A stretch of 64,000 nucleotides of DNA from Acanthaster planci (Eukaryota), in NCBI RefSeq assembly GCF_001949145.1, contig NW_019091362.1:2177838-2241837 (forward strand), given 5' to 3'. A program made the position numbers and the translations under genes. Of this stretch, positions 62,737-64,000 are shown piece by piece. Positions within the stretch are counted from its first letter, which is position 1. Every line of letters begins with the position of its first letter. The notes beneath the pieces were generated by a model. That model did no database searches, had not been told where the DNA came from, and was given only the letters and a program-made list of their open reading frames with translations.

Positions 62737-64000
62737 TACTATAGACTCAGCGCGCGTTCTGAAACTTGACGTGGGTGCGCATTTTGGCATGTTATAACAC
62801 CTTTAGGTTGAAAAAGCATTTAAGGTGCACTGTCCCAGGTAAATTCTCCGCCGGGCTGAGGCGCTAATAAGGTTACTTTTGAAATAAGAGTTTGTGCGGC
62901 CCAAGAAATTGTGGGATTGTGTTATTATGGCCAAGGATCAACTCCCTAGATAAAGGGGCTCCCATTCGAGGGCAAAGCAGACAAAAATGCTATTGAAAAA
63001 TTACCCTTAGAGCCTGAGAAAGTGGAGGGATGTCATTTTAAAAATGGCTGCTGACAGACTTGGGAACGTTCTTTTTTGGGGGGGTTCTTTTGGTGGATAA
63101 TTAAACATTTAATTGGCCGACCTACTAAAATTTGAAACCGAATTGAAATCTGAAGGCTCCGAAAACACATTGTTTTTGTCTGAGAGGCCTAAGGGACTTC
63201 GGTTGCCCGCAACGGGGCTTTGAATTTTGTTGATTTTACACTGTTTTTAGTAGGGCTTGAATTAGTGCATTTCCTGGACTCTTTCGCTCACGCTGTGATT
63301 TTACAGCAGTGTACGCCTGACGTTGTTATCGATACCAGAGTTATGTAGGATTTCATTCTTGGTGTCAGTTCGTGCGCAAGGATTGAGCCATTTGCTAAAG
63401 CCCCAAATAAAGAGTTCCAGTTAAATTAATATGCTGTCTTCAATGAATAATGGGGTGTATTCTTTATATTATGGAAAATGATTTCCAGTGTTTAGATTTG
63501 GTTTTGATGTCAGCAAAAAAAAATTCTACACATGAAATCATATCAGGGAAAAACAGAAGTTTCTCTTGTTAACTGTCTACACAAGGAAGCTTTTATATCA
63601 CTTCGATCTTCAATGATAAATTGCTGTCTTGAACGCATTCCTTCTTTCTTTTGATCGACGAATAAACACAGAATTACAACTCATATCGCTCTCGCATGAG
63701 CTTTGAGTGACCCGAATTGGCTTGCGCATAAATTTGACTCGGCTCGACCACATACTATGACTTGATTGAACCATCTTGATCCGTATGATGACTCAGAATG
63801 AGTCACTTCTTTAAAATGACGCAATGTTTACGTAGAGTCAATGATGTAATTACTCATTGCGACACTGAAGCTTCGTTTTTTATCACTGCAAAAAGGGGTC
63901 AACCACATAAAGACACGTGCATGAATTTAAAAGAAAATAAAAGTTTGTTTTTAATACACACACGCATCGGTGTTCGTCCATTACCGAAACAGGTTTGGAC

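Overview
Eukaryotic, AT-rich, repeat-dense DNA, most likely from a non-vertebrate bilaterian animal; the taxon cannot be fixed from the sequence alone. The only confidently identifiable gene is a complete 7-coding-exon nuclear receptor on the minus strand (CDS 52571->42520, 450 aa by manual splicing, all intron phases consistent). Its DNA-binding domain, hinge, AF-2 helix and intron positions point to a PPAR (NR1C) orthologue. It has an atypical 7-residue D-box and a remodelled ligand pocket. The rest of the window is mainly non-autonomous DNA transposons and MITEs. These include three TAYGG...CCRTA-ended IS3EU-like foldback elements, one carrying a transposase N-terminal relic and one with 21-bp tandem-repeat arms. 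There are also hAT-, Harbinger-, Tc1/mariner-, CACTA- and Sola-like relics, a probable solo LTR inside a PPAR intron, and two low-confidence phase-consistent orphan spliced ORFs (22.6-25.1 kb + and 33.6-33.9 kb -). No prokaryotic systems, CRISPR arrays, rRNA or intact tRNA genes were seen. Three N runs lie at 41045-41141, 57446-57640 and 59888-60067.
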